In this document: in pieces, positions 1 through 10,020 of the stretch
Layout: the number at the start of each line of letters is the position of its first letter
Numbering within the stretch: the stretch's first letter is position 1
Source: a virus
Virus record (IMG/VR): IMGVR_UViG_3300025122_000009
Coordinates: 1 to 64,000 of that record
Direction: 5' to 3' (one strand)
DNA length: 64,000 bases
Notes under the pieces: model-generated
Told to the model about the DNA's origin: nothing
Seen by the model: only the letters and a program-made list of their open reading frames with translations
The model's database searches: none
Program-made: the position numbers and the translations under genes

Positions 1-8
1 TTGATGAC

Positions 9-3000
9 GTGTATTCTCAAAATGGGACTGCTTTGGAAAGGTCAACTGGTCATTATGTCCTGGGCCAAGGAGGAGCCCAGGACATTTTTAGAGATTTTAT
101 CGGCAAAATTTGGACAAAAACTCTGGGCGCTTCCGGTGATCCTCAAAAATTAACCTTTCTTAATCCTAAAATGGGTGCAGATAGTGGCGACGTTTCCACA
201 AATATGCCATGTGATATATATGTGGATGCCGCGATGCTCGTGGGTGATAGTGGGCTGCCCGAATATAGGCAAAAATTATTTATAGATCCCGACATTGAAT
301 GGCTATATGATAATATAGTCCCCGAACTTTTTCCTGACAACGATTTCAACCAACAGGTGAAAGACGTGGTGCTTCAAGCTTTGAGCGATCCCACAGAGAA
401 GCTTCTCGGGGTTGAGACAAGTATTGTTAATAAAGCTACGACGATTATTGACCAGATCCGCACTTGGTGGATGGCGGTTCTTAAATTTGAAGATGCTCCT
501 GACACTCTGCCCGAATCGGCTATATTTAATCCGCTAATTGTCTATGGGCCGTCTTATCAAGATTACAATTTTGAGATGTCTACTCCATTTAGCATCGAAA
601 ATGCTAAAAAGATGTTGGGCTTGAAACCCCTTATTGCCCACATAAACCCGGTATATAATTTTTACATTAACGAATACGAATGTCGCTTAAAACAAGATTC
701 GTTCAAAGAACAGATAATTCCGAACTTGTATGCTTTTATATCATCATATATACCTGAAGATTATGGGAACCAAGAACACAAAACGAGTAAAAAATTTGAA
801 GATTTGATTAGCTTGGGGGGCCTGCTGGAGGGGTATGATGGGTCTTCCTTGGTCTCTACGCCATACCAGTTCGGCCCGGGCCAGAATTTGGTCCCTGCGG
901 CATCGACAAATTATTTTAGAACTTGGACCACCACTCTAGAGAAGGCCGATCCCGATCAGTTATTAATTTTGGGCCCGCTGGCCAAGCGATATACTAACAT
1001 TCTTTTTCCTTTAGATAATACGAATATGCTTCAGTATTATAACAAATTAAGATTTATGTTTCCCATGTTTAATAGCTTAAAATTTTCAACAGGCATATTA
1101 ACACAGTTCGGAGATTTATTTCGGTCTTCTAAGCTGGCTCAACATTTTATGCGCTTTTATGTGAGCTATGGTGATATGGGGCTTTTTGATGCATCGCAGC
1201 ATTCTATGCAGGACATAAAAAAAGAAGAGAATTTTGTTTTACAAGAAACGGCCTTGTCTGATAATGGTTCACCTACCACTACTACAACAATTATTAATGA
1301 TACAAAAATGACAGTTATGGATCTGCGATCTTGGTTGGCCACGATGGAGTTGATAGATCTTGTACCCGATGACAATGATATGATTCGTCTTGCTATGCCG
1401 CCTAATCATGAACAGCATTTTAACGAAAACGCTATTTTCATGACTACCAATAAGAACGAGGAGATGATAAATGTTAAATCATCTAACGAACTAGAGAGAT
1501 CCATATTGGCGTCCATACTTTATGGTAAAATTAGAAAAATTGCGAAATCTCATATGCGCCATTACAGCGAGTTGTGTAAAGGAAGCGGCGCCTACTCTGA
1601 AACTTTAATGTATAAGGTAGAGAAGTGGGTCGGTGATGAAGGCCAGGGCAACAAAGTACAGACATTCTATTTTCTCAATTCGAGCAAGTTAGATGTTTTA
1701 AATTTTATCGATACACAAGTCAGCTATAATATACGCTACACCTACAAAATTGCTGCGATTCAATTGGTCGTCGGAACAGAGTATCGCTATGATATGGCGC
1801 CTCAATTTGCGTCTGCGAAATCCCAAACAGGGGGGTATATAGACTTATGGGAAAGTGCAGAGCAAAAAGCGGCGGCGGAGGCGTGGGAAAAGCAAACCGC
1901 TGGAACAACCGGTGCCGCAGGAAAGGTTGGTCCTTTTCACAATTACGCCGATCCTGCCGTGCAGGAGATCATGGTCAACTGTGAAACACCGGAACTCATA
2001 AGTCCGTCGAACCCTTACTTCGGGTTAAAAGATCCGTGCGGCTGCGCTAACATATTGATTAAGGAAAATATAAAACAAGGGACGGACTGGGGGCCCGCAC
2101 AATTCTGCGCTGCCAGCATAGATGCTTGTTGTCCGGACTTGCAACCTCTGGGTGATAGTGATTCAAATGTGCCCCCGGGTCACGGCGGCAACCCCAGCGG
2201 CCACGAGACCAGCCCGGGCACCAGCGGTGCGGCTGCAACTCCCGGCATTATGGACCTTATTGATATTGGGACCACTTTGTTAACAGCCATCCCGGTTGTT
2301 TATAAACCAGTATTTAATATTGTCGAAATTCCATATTTTACGTTAGATGGCAGGATTTTAGATAAACCTCCCATCTTCCCGGATGTTAATATTGTTCCTT
2401 ACAAGGGTATAAACAATAAATTGTTGGTTAATTTAAACAGTTCTGTTGGTGAATACAAAATGATGCCTATCGCCTTTAATGGTGAGGAGGAAAAAGAATT
2501 TGGATTGATAAGGGAGGCACAAAAGATCACCGATCCTACAGGTCCAATAACTTTTAAATCTGATGACACGATTGCACATGGGGGATTTTTTCAGGTCTAC
2601 CGAACGGACAAAAGGCCAGAAAAATATAGCGATTTTGATAAGCACCTTAAGCATGCTTTAAGCAGTACGAGCCTTGGGTTGCGTGCCGAATCGGTTGCTT
2701 TTGTGGATGACATCAAGCCAAATAAAAAATATTACTATACTTTTAGAGTTGTCGATACGCATGGGAATTCTTCTAATCCAACGGAAGTTTTTGAGGTGGA
2801 GATGATTGATGATAACGGAACGGTGTATTTTAGACAGAGGATTATAGAATTGAAACCTCTGGAAGAAAAGGCGCCCTACCTGCCATTAAAAAAATATGTC
2901 CACATTCAACCAAGTTTGGCTCAAAGAATCATTAATGAAGAAGGATTTGGTAATGCGACCTCGGCTTTCGAGTTTAGCACTTTGAATGGCAACAAAGGAC

Positions 3001-3257
3001 CAGTAAAGCTGGGCGTGCAAGAAGAATCACTGTGGGGCAAACGGTTTAAAATTAGATTTACTTCTAAATCAACTGGGAGGCAGGTTGATCTTAATGTCAA
3101 TTTCAAGCTTACCAACGAGAGCCAAATGGAAAAATTGGGCAATCAAATAAAAGATGCCCAAGCTGTCGAGGGTGTACAAGCTTCTGGCGGTGGTCTAGTG
3201 AACCCAATTGACGAAGTAGATAGTGGCGCCCCGGCCAAACCACTTGAGGGGTGGTAA
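9..3257 (+). CDS. Large putative virion/baseplate-associated protein, probably 5'-truncated by the window edge; FN3-like segments
   Basis: 1082-aa ORF open to the window start; FN3-like strands (FVDDIKPNKKYYYTFRVVDTHGNSSNPT; FIDTQVSYNIRYTYKIAA); upstream of structural genes. Confidence 0.5.
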   Translation: MYSQNGTALERSTGHYVLGQGGAQDIFRDFIGKIWTKTLGASGDPQKLTFLNPKMGADSGDVSTNMPCDIYVDAAMLVGDSGLPEYRQKLFIDPDIEWLYDNIVPELFPDNDFNQQVKDVVLQALSDPTEKLLGVETSIVNKATTIIDQIRTWWMAVLKFEDAPDTLPESAIFNPLIVYGPSYQDYNFEMSTPFSIENAKKMLGLKPLIAHINPVYNFYINEYECRLKQDSFKEQIIPNLYAFISSYIPEDYGNQEHKTSKKFEDLISLGGLLEGYDGSSLVSTPYQFGPGQNLVPAASTNYFRTWTTTLEKADPDQLLILGPLAKRYTNILFPLDNTNMLQYYNKLRFMFPMFNSLKFSTGILTQFGDLFRSSKLAQHFMRFYVSYGDMGLFDASQHSMQDIKKEENFVLQETALSDNGSPTTTTTIINDTKMTVMDLRSWLATMELIDLVPDDNDMIRLAMPPNHEQHFNENAIFMTTNKNEEMINVKSSNELERSILASILYGKIRKIAKSHMRHYSELCKGSGAYSETLMYKVEKWVGDEGQGNKVQTFYFLNSSKLDVLNFIDTQVSYNIRYTYKIAAIQLVVGTEYRYDMAPQFASAKSQTGGYIDLWESAEQKAAAEAWEKQTAGTTGAAGKVGPFHNYADPAVQEIMVNCETPELISPSNPYFGLKDPCGCANILIKENIKQGTDWGPAQFCAASIDACCPDLQPLGDSDSNVPPGHGGNPSGHETSPGTSGAAATPGIMDLIDIGTTLLTAIPVVYKPVFNIVEIPYFTLDGRILDKPPIFPDVNIVPYKGINNKLLVNLNSSVGEYKMMPIAFNGEEEKEFGLIREAQKITDPTGPITFKSDDTIAHGGFFQVYRTDKRPEKYSDFDKHLKHALSSTSLGLRAESVAFVDDIKPNKKYYYTFRVVDTHGNSSNPTEVFEVEMIDDNGTVYFRQRIIELKPLEEKAPYLPLKKYVHIQPSLAQRIINEEGFGNATSAFEFSTLNGNKGPVKLGVQEESLWGKRFKIRFTSKSTGRQVDLNVNFKLTNESQMEKLGNQIKDAQAVEGVQASGGGLVNPIDEVDSGAPAKPLEGW

Positions 3258-3271
3258 TATAAAATAAAGGC

Positions 3272-3296
3272 ACTATTTAAATAAAAATACTATTTA
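3272..3296 (+). promoter_or_regulatory. Tandem putative late-promoter motifs ACTATTTA (3272-3279, 3289-3296)
   Basis: Same motif recurs before many structural genes in this window. Confidence 0.6.
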
Positions 3297-3314
3297 ATAA
3301 AAAGAGGATAATTT

Positions 3315-4256
3315 ATGGCTTTTTTAGACAATTCTGGAGATATAATTTTAGATGCTGTTCTGACCGACACCGGTCGTCATCGACTGGCGATGGGAGATGG
3401 CAGTTTTAGGATAACAAAATTTGCTCTAGGCGATGATGAAATTAATTATGGCTTATATGACAAAAACAACGCATCAGGATCGGCTTATTATGATCTAAAC
3501 ATATTGCAGACTCCGGTCCTAGAAGCATTTACTAATAATACGTCCTTGATGAAGTCTAAATTAATTTCTGTTCCTCGAACAAATTTGCTCTATTTGCCCA
3601 TATTAAAAGTAAATACGCTTATGCCCGCTACTCAAATGTATTCTAATACGGAAAGCTATTTGGTGTTGGTGGACAATGATACAGAAGGTAAATATAGCAA
3701 CGAAGCCGGCGTTCTTACGGGGGAAAACCCCGGAGGCTCTGCCAAAAACTTTATTCGAGTTGACCAGGGGTTGGATACAACAGATCTTCCACCCACATTT
3801 CCATTGGATGCCGATTTGGTTGAAACCCAATATATTGTGGAAATAGACAACAGGTTTGCACAACTTTATACTCCGGAAGGGAACGGCACAGCGAAGGTCA
3901 GTTTTATTGATGATGATCAAATAGCAAGCTATTATCTTTCTTTTAATATTGAGACTCAATATGTAAAGACAACACCCAACGCACTGAAAACAGATGATGA
4001 CGGTGGCGCTGATAATGCTATTGATGGGCCGAGAGGAACAATCTTAGAGTTTAAATTGAAAGCATCGATTGATTTAAACTCTAGTACTTTCCTTTTTACA
4101 CAGCTTGGCGACGAGGTAAAGTACGATCTTGGAAAAGGGTGCCAGAATTTTTATTACATCGATTCAATTATTAGAATATCGGGCGCAACTACTGGTTATA
4201 GAATAGACATTCCAGTTAGGTTTCTTAAATGGAAAGAAGCAACGACAGGATGTTAA
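3315..4256 (+). CDS. Putative baseplate/tail structural protein
   Basis: N-terminus AVLTDTGRHRLAMGDGSFRITKFALGDDE resembles tail-collar/fibre-attachment N-termini; GAGGA RBS; late motif upstream. Confidence 0.55.
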   Translation: MAFLDNSGDIILDAVLTDTGRHRLAMGDGSFRITKFALGDDEINYGLYDKNNASGSAYYDLNILQTPVLEAFTNNTSLMKSKLISVPRTNLLYLPILKVNTLMPATQMYSNTESYLVLVDNDTEGKYSNEAGVLTGENPGGSAKNFIRVDQGLDTTDLPPTFPLDADLVETQYIVEIDNRFAQLYTPEGNGTAKVSFIDDDQIASYYLSFNIETQYVKTTPNALKTDDDGGADNAIDGPRGTILEFKLKASIDLNSSTFLFTQLGDEVKYDLGKGCQNFYYIDSIIRISGATTGYRIDIPVRFLKWKEATTGC

Positions 4257-4289
4257 CTTTTAGGAAAATAAGGAAAGCAGGGAGAAACT

Positions 4290-5396
4290 ATGGCTACCAC
4301 ATATAAATCTTTTTTAAATAATGATGTAACATCCACACGGACTTTACTTCACGAGGCAATTCCAATTACCGGAACAATTGTTTCCGGAACATATGTTGAG
4401 ACCGCTACAGCTACTTCAAATATTAAAAATTATGCCCATGCTATGTTTCAATCGGTTTATGATTATCCTTATTTAAGTTCTTCGGCTAACCATATTTTTG
4501 ATCTTACATGTGGGTATCATTCTACTTCGGCGCTTTCTAAATCTTCCGTTGGAGGTGTAGGAGGTGCTTCCTCCGATCAAAATAAGAAAATTAATCTTTA
4601 CAGCCAAATGGCACAGATGCTTGTAGGTCATGATATTAGTGGGAATATTAGGCAGTTTGACCAAGATGGGGATCTGATTGCTGGCGGTAGAAAGATGAAG
4701 GAAGTTTTCTTTATCAATTATGCGCGCCTTTTGAATAAAGACGAAATTAAAAAGGGCTCTTATTCAATAACATTTTTGACGGGAGGTACGATTCTAGCCC
4801 CTGCGAACCCATTAACCATTACAGATTATAATGCCCAAAACGAATTCCGTGTTAATTCGCCAGCGGGAGAGTATGGTATCCTTTACACCTCTTCAGCTAC
4901 TCCAACTAGTGATGCCGGAGTGGGTCATATTTATTATCAGGCCGGGATTGTTGTTGTGACTGCCTCCGTTTTTAGTGGGCTTACACCCAGCAATATTATT
5001 ACTCCTACAGGGTTTTGTCAATTTGGAGATGCCGATGGAGGATATGATAGGGAGAACATCGAAAGAGTACTAAGTGGATCTAGTATTACCGCTTCTTGTG
5101 ACGGGATAAGAAATAGGTGGCAGGCTAATGCGTACAATAACACTACAGAACTAAATTCGACCATCTATTTTGCGAGAGTTAATCACAACGACTTTAACTA
5201 TAGCACAAATCCGACTTATCTCTCTTCTAGCAAGATTGTTGTAAAAAATAATACTTTTGATATGCCCGTTTCGTATATAACCACAGTTGGTCTTTATTCA
5301 GCTGATAACGAATTGCTGGCGGTGGCCAAACTATCGGAGCCTCTTAAAAAGCAACCCGATAACGAAGTAACTCTAAGAGTTCGCCTAGACTATTAA
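4290..5396 (+). CDS. Putative baseplate/tail structural protein
   Basis: S/T/G-rich; C-terminal ITTVGLYSADNELLAVAKLSEPLKK...RLDY motif, paralogous to next gene. Confidence 0.55.
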   Translation: MATTYKSFLNNDVTSTRTLLHEAIPITGTIVSGTYVETATATSNIKNYAHAMFQSVYDYPYLSSSANHIFDLTCGYHSTSALSKSSVGGVGGASSDQNKKINLYSQMAQMLVGHDISGNIRQFDQDGDLIAGGRKMKEVFFINYARLLNKDEIKKGSYSITFLTGGTILAPANPLTITDYNAQNEFRVNSPAGEYGILYTSSATPTSDAGVGHIYYQAGIVVVTASVFSGLTPSNIITPTGFCQFGDADGGYDRENIERVLSGSSITASCDGIRNRWQANAYNNTTELNSTIYFARVNHNDFNYSTNPTYLSSSKIVVKNNTFDMPVSYITTVGLYSADNELLAVAKLSEPLKKQPDNEVTLRVRLDY

Positions 5397-5445
5397 AATT
5401 TTCCTTTTATGATATGGCACTATTTATTATGCGAGGAATTTTTAA

Positions 5446-6633
5446 ATGCCTTATTATAAATTCGGTCCAAATGACACATTCTATAATAGAATAGAGACAC
5501 ACCCTCAGAAAGATTTTTTTATTTGGAATGGGAAGGTTTATTATGATTATAATACCGAACGAATAGGTCCGCTTTCAGGACAGCCAGAGAATAATGTTTC
5601 TTTGGGAAACATTAGCTTATATGAGCTAAATGTAGACCGCCCCTCTAACGCTTTAATTTACCCTTTCATAACCAAGGGGGGAAGCCTCACTTCTTTTAAA
5701 ACAATATCATTAAAAAGTTTTAATGCGGATTTTCAATATGGAGATATAATCAGCGGGAGCTATCCTTTAAGCGCCACTATTACAAGAGATTGGTCCGTAG
5801 CTGGCGCCGCCACCTCCTCTGCTTGTTCTTATAACATTTGCAAGCCCCACCTAGTCGCTCTAGAAAATACATTAAATTATTACACCTATTTGAGCCCTCA
5901 TTATGAGTACTCTTCTTCTTACGGGAACAAAGCCACACAGGAAATGGGCATTATATTTATTCCTTCTATATTTTATGGCTCCCATATAGAAAAGGGTAGT
6001 ATTAGTTTAAAATTTTATGTAACTGGAACATTAATTGGCGAGCTTCAAGATAAAGATCGAAATGGCAATTTAGTCGAAGTTAGCGGTTCGAAGACGGGGA
6101 GCGTAGCTGGGGTTGTGCTGTATAATGAAGGGGCGATGCTCTTAACTGGCAGTTGGGACTTGGATACCAGCCATACGGAAATATATACCCCGGGCGGAAG
6201 TGCGGAAACCCCCACTTGGAAATACTTTGGATGGACGGGATCTTTGGGGGCAACCACGGCACCCTCTTCAAGTTTCGCCATGTCATTTCGAGGAACAAAC
6301 TATGTGCCAGTTCGTACAATGTTCGCGAACGCGCCGAAAGGGCGTCTAAACCACTCAAACAACCCCACTTATATAGAATACGGCCAGAGCGGTTCTACAA
6401 CAACCCCCAAGGCCACCAAGAAGGGGTTTATGGAAGATAAGAATATTGATATCAAAAATACTGTTTCCAGTTCTTTTCCTGATCCTACCGCACCTTTCCA
6501 GAAGCAAACTTGGATTTCTCGTATTGGAATTTATGATGAAGACAAAAACTTGATTGGAATTGCCAAAGTGGCCAACCCCGTTAAAAAGACTGAAGATCGG
6601 GAATTCACTTTTAAATTGAAGCTTGATATATGA
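5446..6633 (+). CDS. Putative baseplate/tail structural protein (C-terminal paralog of 4290..5396)
   Basis: C-terminus ISRIGIYDEDKNLIGIAKVANPVKK...KLDI; ACTATTTA at 5419-5426. Confidence 0.55.
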   Translation: MPYYKFGPNDTFYNRIETHPQKDFFIWNGKVYYDYNTERIGPLSGQPENNVSLGNISLYELNVDRPSNALIYPFITKGGSLTSFKTISLKSFNADFQYGDIISGSYPLSATITRDWSVAGAATSSACSYNICKPHLVALENTLNYYTYLSPHYEYSSSYGNKATQEMGIIFIPSIFYGSHIEKGSISLKFYVTGTLIGELQDKDRNGNLVEVSGSKTGSVAGVVLYNEGAMLLTGSWDLDTSHTEIYTPGGSAETPTWKYFGWTGSLGATTAPSSSFAMSFRGTNYVPVRTMFANAPKGRLNHSNNPTYIEYGQSGSTTTPKATKKGFMEDKNIDIKNTVSSSFPDPTAPFQKQTWISRIGIYDEDKNLIGIAKVANPVKKTEDREFTFKLKLDI

Positions 6634-6645
6634 TATACTTTTGGT

Positions 6646-7188
6646 ATGATCCTCGGACTTGATGTAAGCACAAGTATAACCGGTGCAACGCTTTTAGACG
6701 AAAATGGCAGCATTGTGCTGTGTGAGGCGTGGGATACAAGGAATAAGAATCGTTATGAGGATTTATTTGCCAAAGCTGATCAAATTCGTTTCAAATTATG
6801 GCAGATAGGGACTTATCATAAAATCGAAAAAATCTATATAGAACAGTCTCTTCAATCATTCCGGAGTGGGTTCTCCTCTGCACAGACACTTTCAACGCTT
6901 TCAAGGTTTAACGGGATTGTCTCGTGGCTTTGTTATAAGACACTAAAAACCAAACCAGAATATATTGCAGCTACATCAGCTAGAAAAACATGTGGCATAA
7001 AAATTGCAAGGGGCGAGAAAGCGAAAGAGGTGGTCCTAAAACATTTGCTTGACAACGAACCCTCCTTTAATGTAGAATATACTAAACATGGGAACCCAAA
7101 GCCGGGTTCTTATGACCAAGCTGATTCAATTGTAATTGCAAGAGCAGGGTATATTCTTTGTCAGAACAGCAAAAGCTCAACCTCTTAA
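6646..7188 (+). CDS. ruvC: RuvC-like Holliday junction resolvase
   Basis: ILGLDVS, IYIEQ and DQADSIVIA acidic catalytic motifs of the RuvC/RNase H fold. Confidence 0.8.
   Translation: MILGLDVSTSITGATLLDENGSIVLCEAWDTRNKNRYEDLFAKADQIRFKLWQIGTYHKIEKIYIEQSLQSFRSGFSSAQTLSTLSRFNGIVSWLCYKTLKTKPEYIAATSARKTCGIKIARGEKAKEVVLKHLLDNEPSFNVEYTKHGNPKPGSYDQADSIVIARAGYILCQNSKSSTS
7049..7078 (+). promoter_or_regulatory. Sigma70-like promoter inside ruvC, upstream of primase
   Basis: TTGACA-18 nt-TAGAAT. Confidence 0.5.
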
Positions 7189-8096
7189 GTGATGTCCTTG
7201 GCTGGCATTATCCTGCTGGCACAGAATATGTATTCCATTGTAAATTCTGTGATCATCACAAAAAGAAACTTTCCGTCAATATAGAAAAGAACAAATATAA
7301 ATGTTGGATCTGTGACACCAGCGGAAATGACATTCGTTATCTGGTTCGACGCTTTGGTGCTCGTAATCAATTGGATCAATGGGATGTGTTGACCAACCGT
7401 GTCAACTTATCTGGTTTCGATAACTTATTTGAGGAAGAAGAGGAAATTGTTGAAGAGACTATTAAACTTCCAGATGAATTCGTTTCTTTGGCTAATCGCA
7501 ACGTGCCTTATTCTGCTCTCATTCCAAAACAATACTTGAGGGGTCGAGGGATCACAAAGGAAGATATCTTAAAATGGAAGATTGGTTATTGTCCCAGCGG
7601 AGAATATGAGGGGAGAATTATTATTCCTTCTTTTAACATGGATGGTTATGTAAACTATTTTGTTGGCCGCTCTTATGGAGATAAGTTCCCAAAATATAAG
7701 AACCCTCCTGTTTCAAAGAATATCGTTTTCAATCATTTATATATTGATTGGTCCAAAGATATTATTTTGGTTGAGGGGATATTCGATGCGATTGTGGCTG
7801 GTGATAACGCCATTCCCATTCTCGGCTCGACTTTGAGGGAAGATGGAAAGTTGTTTCAAGAAGCCGTAAAAAACGATACTGTTGTATATCTGGCACTAGA
7901 CCCGGATATGGAACAGAAGACGCGAAAGCTTATTCGAAAGCTGCTTTCTTATAACATAAAAGTGTATAAAATTGACGTATCACCGTATGCGGATGTTGGC
8001 GAGATGACAAAAGAAGAGTTTCAAAAGAGGAAAGTTGCTGCGGCGTTTTTAAATGAAGAATACTACTTATTGTACGAAGTTATAAACTCTTTATAG
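7158..8096 (+). CDS. DNA primase (Zn finger + TOPRIM), TTG start
   Basis: CKFCDHH...CWIC zinc finger; RIIIP, PKYKNP, LVEGIFDA, ALDPD and DVGEM TOPRIM motifs. Confidence 0.88.
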   Translation: MSEQQKLNLLSDVLGWHYPAGTEYVFHCKFCDHHKKKLSVNIEKNKYKCWICDTSGNDIRYLVRRFGARNQLDQWDVLTNRVNLSGFDNLFEEEEEIVEETIKLPDEFVSLANRNVPYSALIPKQYLRGRGITKEDILKWKIGYCPSGEYEGRIIIPSFNMDGYVNYFVGRSYGDKFPKYKNPPVSKNIVFNHLYIDWSKDIILVEGIFDAIVAGDNAIPILGSTLREDGKLFQEAVKNDTVVYLALDPDMEQKTRKLIRKLLSYNIKVYKIDVSPYADVGEMTKEEFQKRKVAAAFLNEEYYLLYEVINSL

Positions 8097-8107
8097 GAGG
8101 GTGTAAA

Positions 8108-8218
8108 ATGAGTGGTTTTATTCACAGGTTACTAAACTTATTCAATTCCCAACATTGCTGTTGTTGCTGCGGTTGCTGCGAGTGCCATGATTGCCTCGGA
8201 AAGTGCAACGCCAATTAA
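8108..8218 (+). CDS. Unannotated 36-aa Cys-rich microprotein (metallothionein-like)
   Basis: MSGFIHRLLNLFNSQHCCCCCGCCECHDCLGKCNAN; AGGAGG at 8095-8100; ACTACTTA motif at 8062-8069; fills the gap between two genes. Confidence 0.65.
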   Translation: MSGFIHRLLNLFNSQHCCCCCGCCECHDCLGKCNAN

Positions 8219-8232
8219 AAAGGAAACAAAAA

Positions 8233-10020
8233 ATGTCATTGTCACAGAAACAAATTAGAAAGATTATTCGAGAAGAACTTAAGAATATAAAGAATATTCA
8301 AAAGGTTATCCCACACCCCGCATTTCGAAAGTCCAAATGCACAGTTTATCTAAAAGAATCCAATGGTAAAATGAAAACAGTTTCATTTAATTCTCTTCGC
8401 AAGCAACAGAGAAAGGGTGTCTTTAGCGAACAACAAGTTCACGATATTTTAAAATCTTCTTTTGATCATGACATGCGTATGTTCAATCGTTACAGCGCTG
8501 CTTACACAAATTTAAGCCAACATATGATTTCTGAAGGTCTTATCGCTGAGAATGGAAAAATTACCAAGAAAGGGCGTCTTTTAGAGAGGAAAGAAAGAGG
8601 CGTCGTCTTGGTTGAAAGTGACATGCGAAAGTATGCCGCTAGTCTTATTTTGGAGCAAGAGGAAGAGGAAGAAATAGATGTTCAATCCATCAAAACCACA
8701 GGCCAGAAAGTTTTCGGCGCTATTGGCAAAGGTTTGAAAAAAGTTGGCAGTTTCTTGATGACCCCTTTTAAAGCATGGAAATGGTTTAAAGACAAGGTGT
8801 GGGAGGTGGTTTCTGGACTTTTTGCCAAGATTGGTCAGATGATTAGTGCTTTTGCACAAAAATACAACTTAGAGTGGTTACAGAATACCGTGTCGGGAAT
8901 TGAGAAGGTTATAGCTGCTGTCAAGAAATTTTGTGACAAAAATAAATGGGTCAAAATAATGTGCAATATGGTGCTCTCTGTCGCGCTCGCTTTTGCTATA
9001 AAAGCTGCTATCGGAGCAATTATGGCCGCAATGGGTGTCACTGCCTCTGGGCTGCTGATATCAGCCGCTGCTGGCACGGCATGTGCGGCAGGAGCCGTCG
9101 CTGGCGCTCTTGGTGAGGGCCCAGCACCCAAAAGCTTGTTAAAAGAAGTGGGCGCTTCTGATTTGTGCAACTTGGCAGCAACGGCAGCCACATCCACCAC
9201 AAACAACACTTTAAATTTGGTCAAGGGTGTCATTAAGTATCTGGCATCTGAAGAGGGCAACCTTGGTGCCGCCGCACAACAGGCCCTGGAGTTTGTCGAT
9301 AAATATCACGAGACGTTGACAGCAGCGGGTAAAGATATAGGCGTTGGAAGCGGTGCCAAATCAAAAGAGGTTCTTGAAAATCTTGGCAAAGCCGCCCGGG
9401 CGTGTAAGACTGAAGGTGCCCAGATGGTGGCGAAGGCTGTTGGGTTTATAAAAGAATATGGACTTGGATTAAAGGCCACCGCCGGCGCCGCCGACGCCCA
9501 CTCCTCCGGAGCCGCAGACACGACGTCGGATGCTTTTTTAGAGTTGGGCAGAGTGGCGATGTCAGACACCCAAGACAATTATCAAAAACTGTTCAATTTG
9601 GCAAAAGACATCCAGGGAGAGGGTTGGGATCCAAAGACTTTCGTTAACAGCGTTGTCAAGATGGGGTCCAATCTTGGCTTTGATTCCGTTCCGAAGTGGG
9701 CTGAATCTGCAGCAGAAGCTATGAAGGCCAGTGGCGAAATTTCTGCTGGATCTTTTGAAGCCGGCGAAGCCGCCGCAGAAGGGGCGACCACGTTTAAAGA
9801 CTGGATGCAAGAGATCGGGGGCCTCAAGAATCTGCTTGGACCGGCCGGCTTTGAGGGTAGACAGGCTGAATTCATCGAGGCCGCCAAGGCATTCAAGGAT
9901 TCAAAAACGGGAGAGGTGGGCTTCATGGCTTGGAAGGCGGCTGGCCAGCCCGCTTTGAAAGGGGCAATATTACAGGAAAATTTTAATCGGATACAGAGAT
10001 TAGCAGGAGTGTTGGCATGA
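8233..10020 (+). CDS. Large leader-bearing protein with hydrophobic Ala/Gly-rich core; putative internal head/ejection protein
   Basis: Likely start ATG 8233 (AAGGA RBS): MSLSQKQIRKIIREELK; long hydrophobic hairpin; C-terminal RIQRLAGVLA. Confidence 0.55.
   Translation: MSLSQKQIRKIIREELKNIKNIQKVIPHPAFRKSKCTVYLKESNGKMKTVSFNSLRKQQRKGVFSEQQVHDILKSSFDHDMRMFNRYSAAYTNLSQHMISEGLIAENGKITKKGRLLERKERGVVLVESDMRKYAASLILEQEEEEEIDVQSIKTTGQKVFGAIGKGLKKVGSFLMTPFKAWKWFKDKVWEVVSGLFAKIGQMISAFAQKYNLEWLQNTVSGIEKVIAAVKKFCDKNKWVKIMCNMVLSVALAFAIKAAIGAIMAAMGVTASGLLISAAAGTACAAGAVAGALGEGPAPKSLLKEVGASDLCNLAATAATSTTNNTLNLVKGVIKYLASEEGNLGAAAQQALEFVDKYHETLTAAGKDIGVGSGAKSKEVLENLGKAARACKTEGAQMVAKAVGFIKEYGLGLKATAGAADAHSSGAADTTSDAFLELGRVAMSDTQDNYQKLFNLAKDIQGEGWDPKTFVNSVVKMGSNLGFDSVPKWAESAAEAMKASGEISAGSFEAGEAAAEGATTFKDWMQEIGGLKNLLGPAGFEGRQAEFIEAAKAFKDSKTGEVGFMAWKAAGQPALKGAILQENFNRIQRLAGVLA

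Noticed and set aside
8191-8232. TTG start given for the 609-aa ORF
   Set aside because: It overlaps the Cys-rich ORF; ATG 8233 has an RBS and begins with the shared leader.
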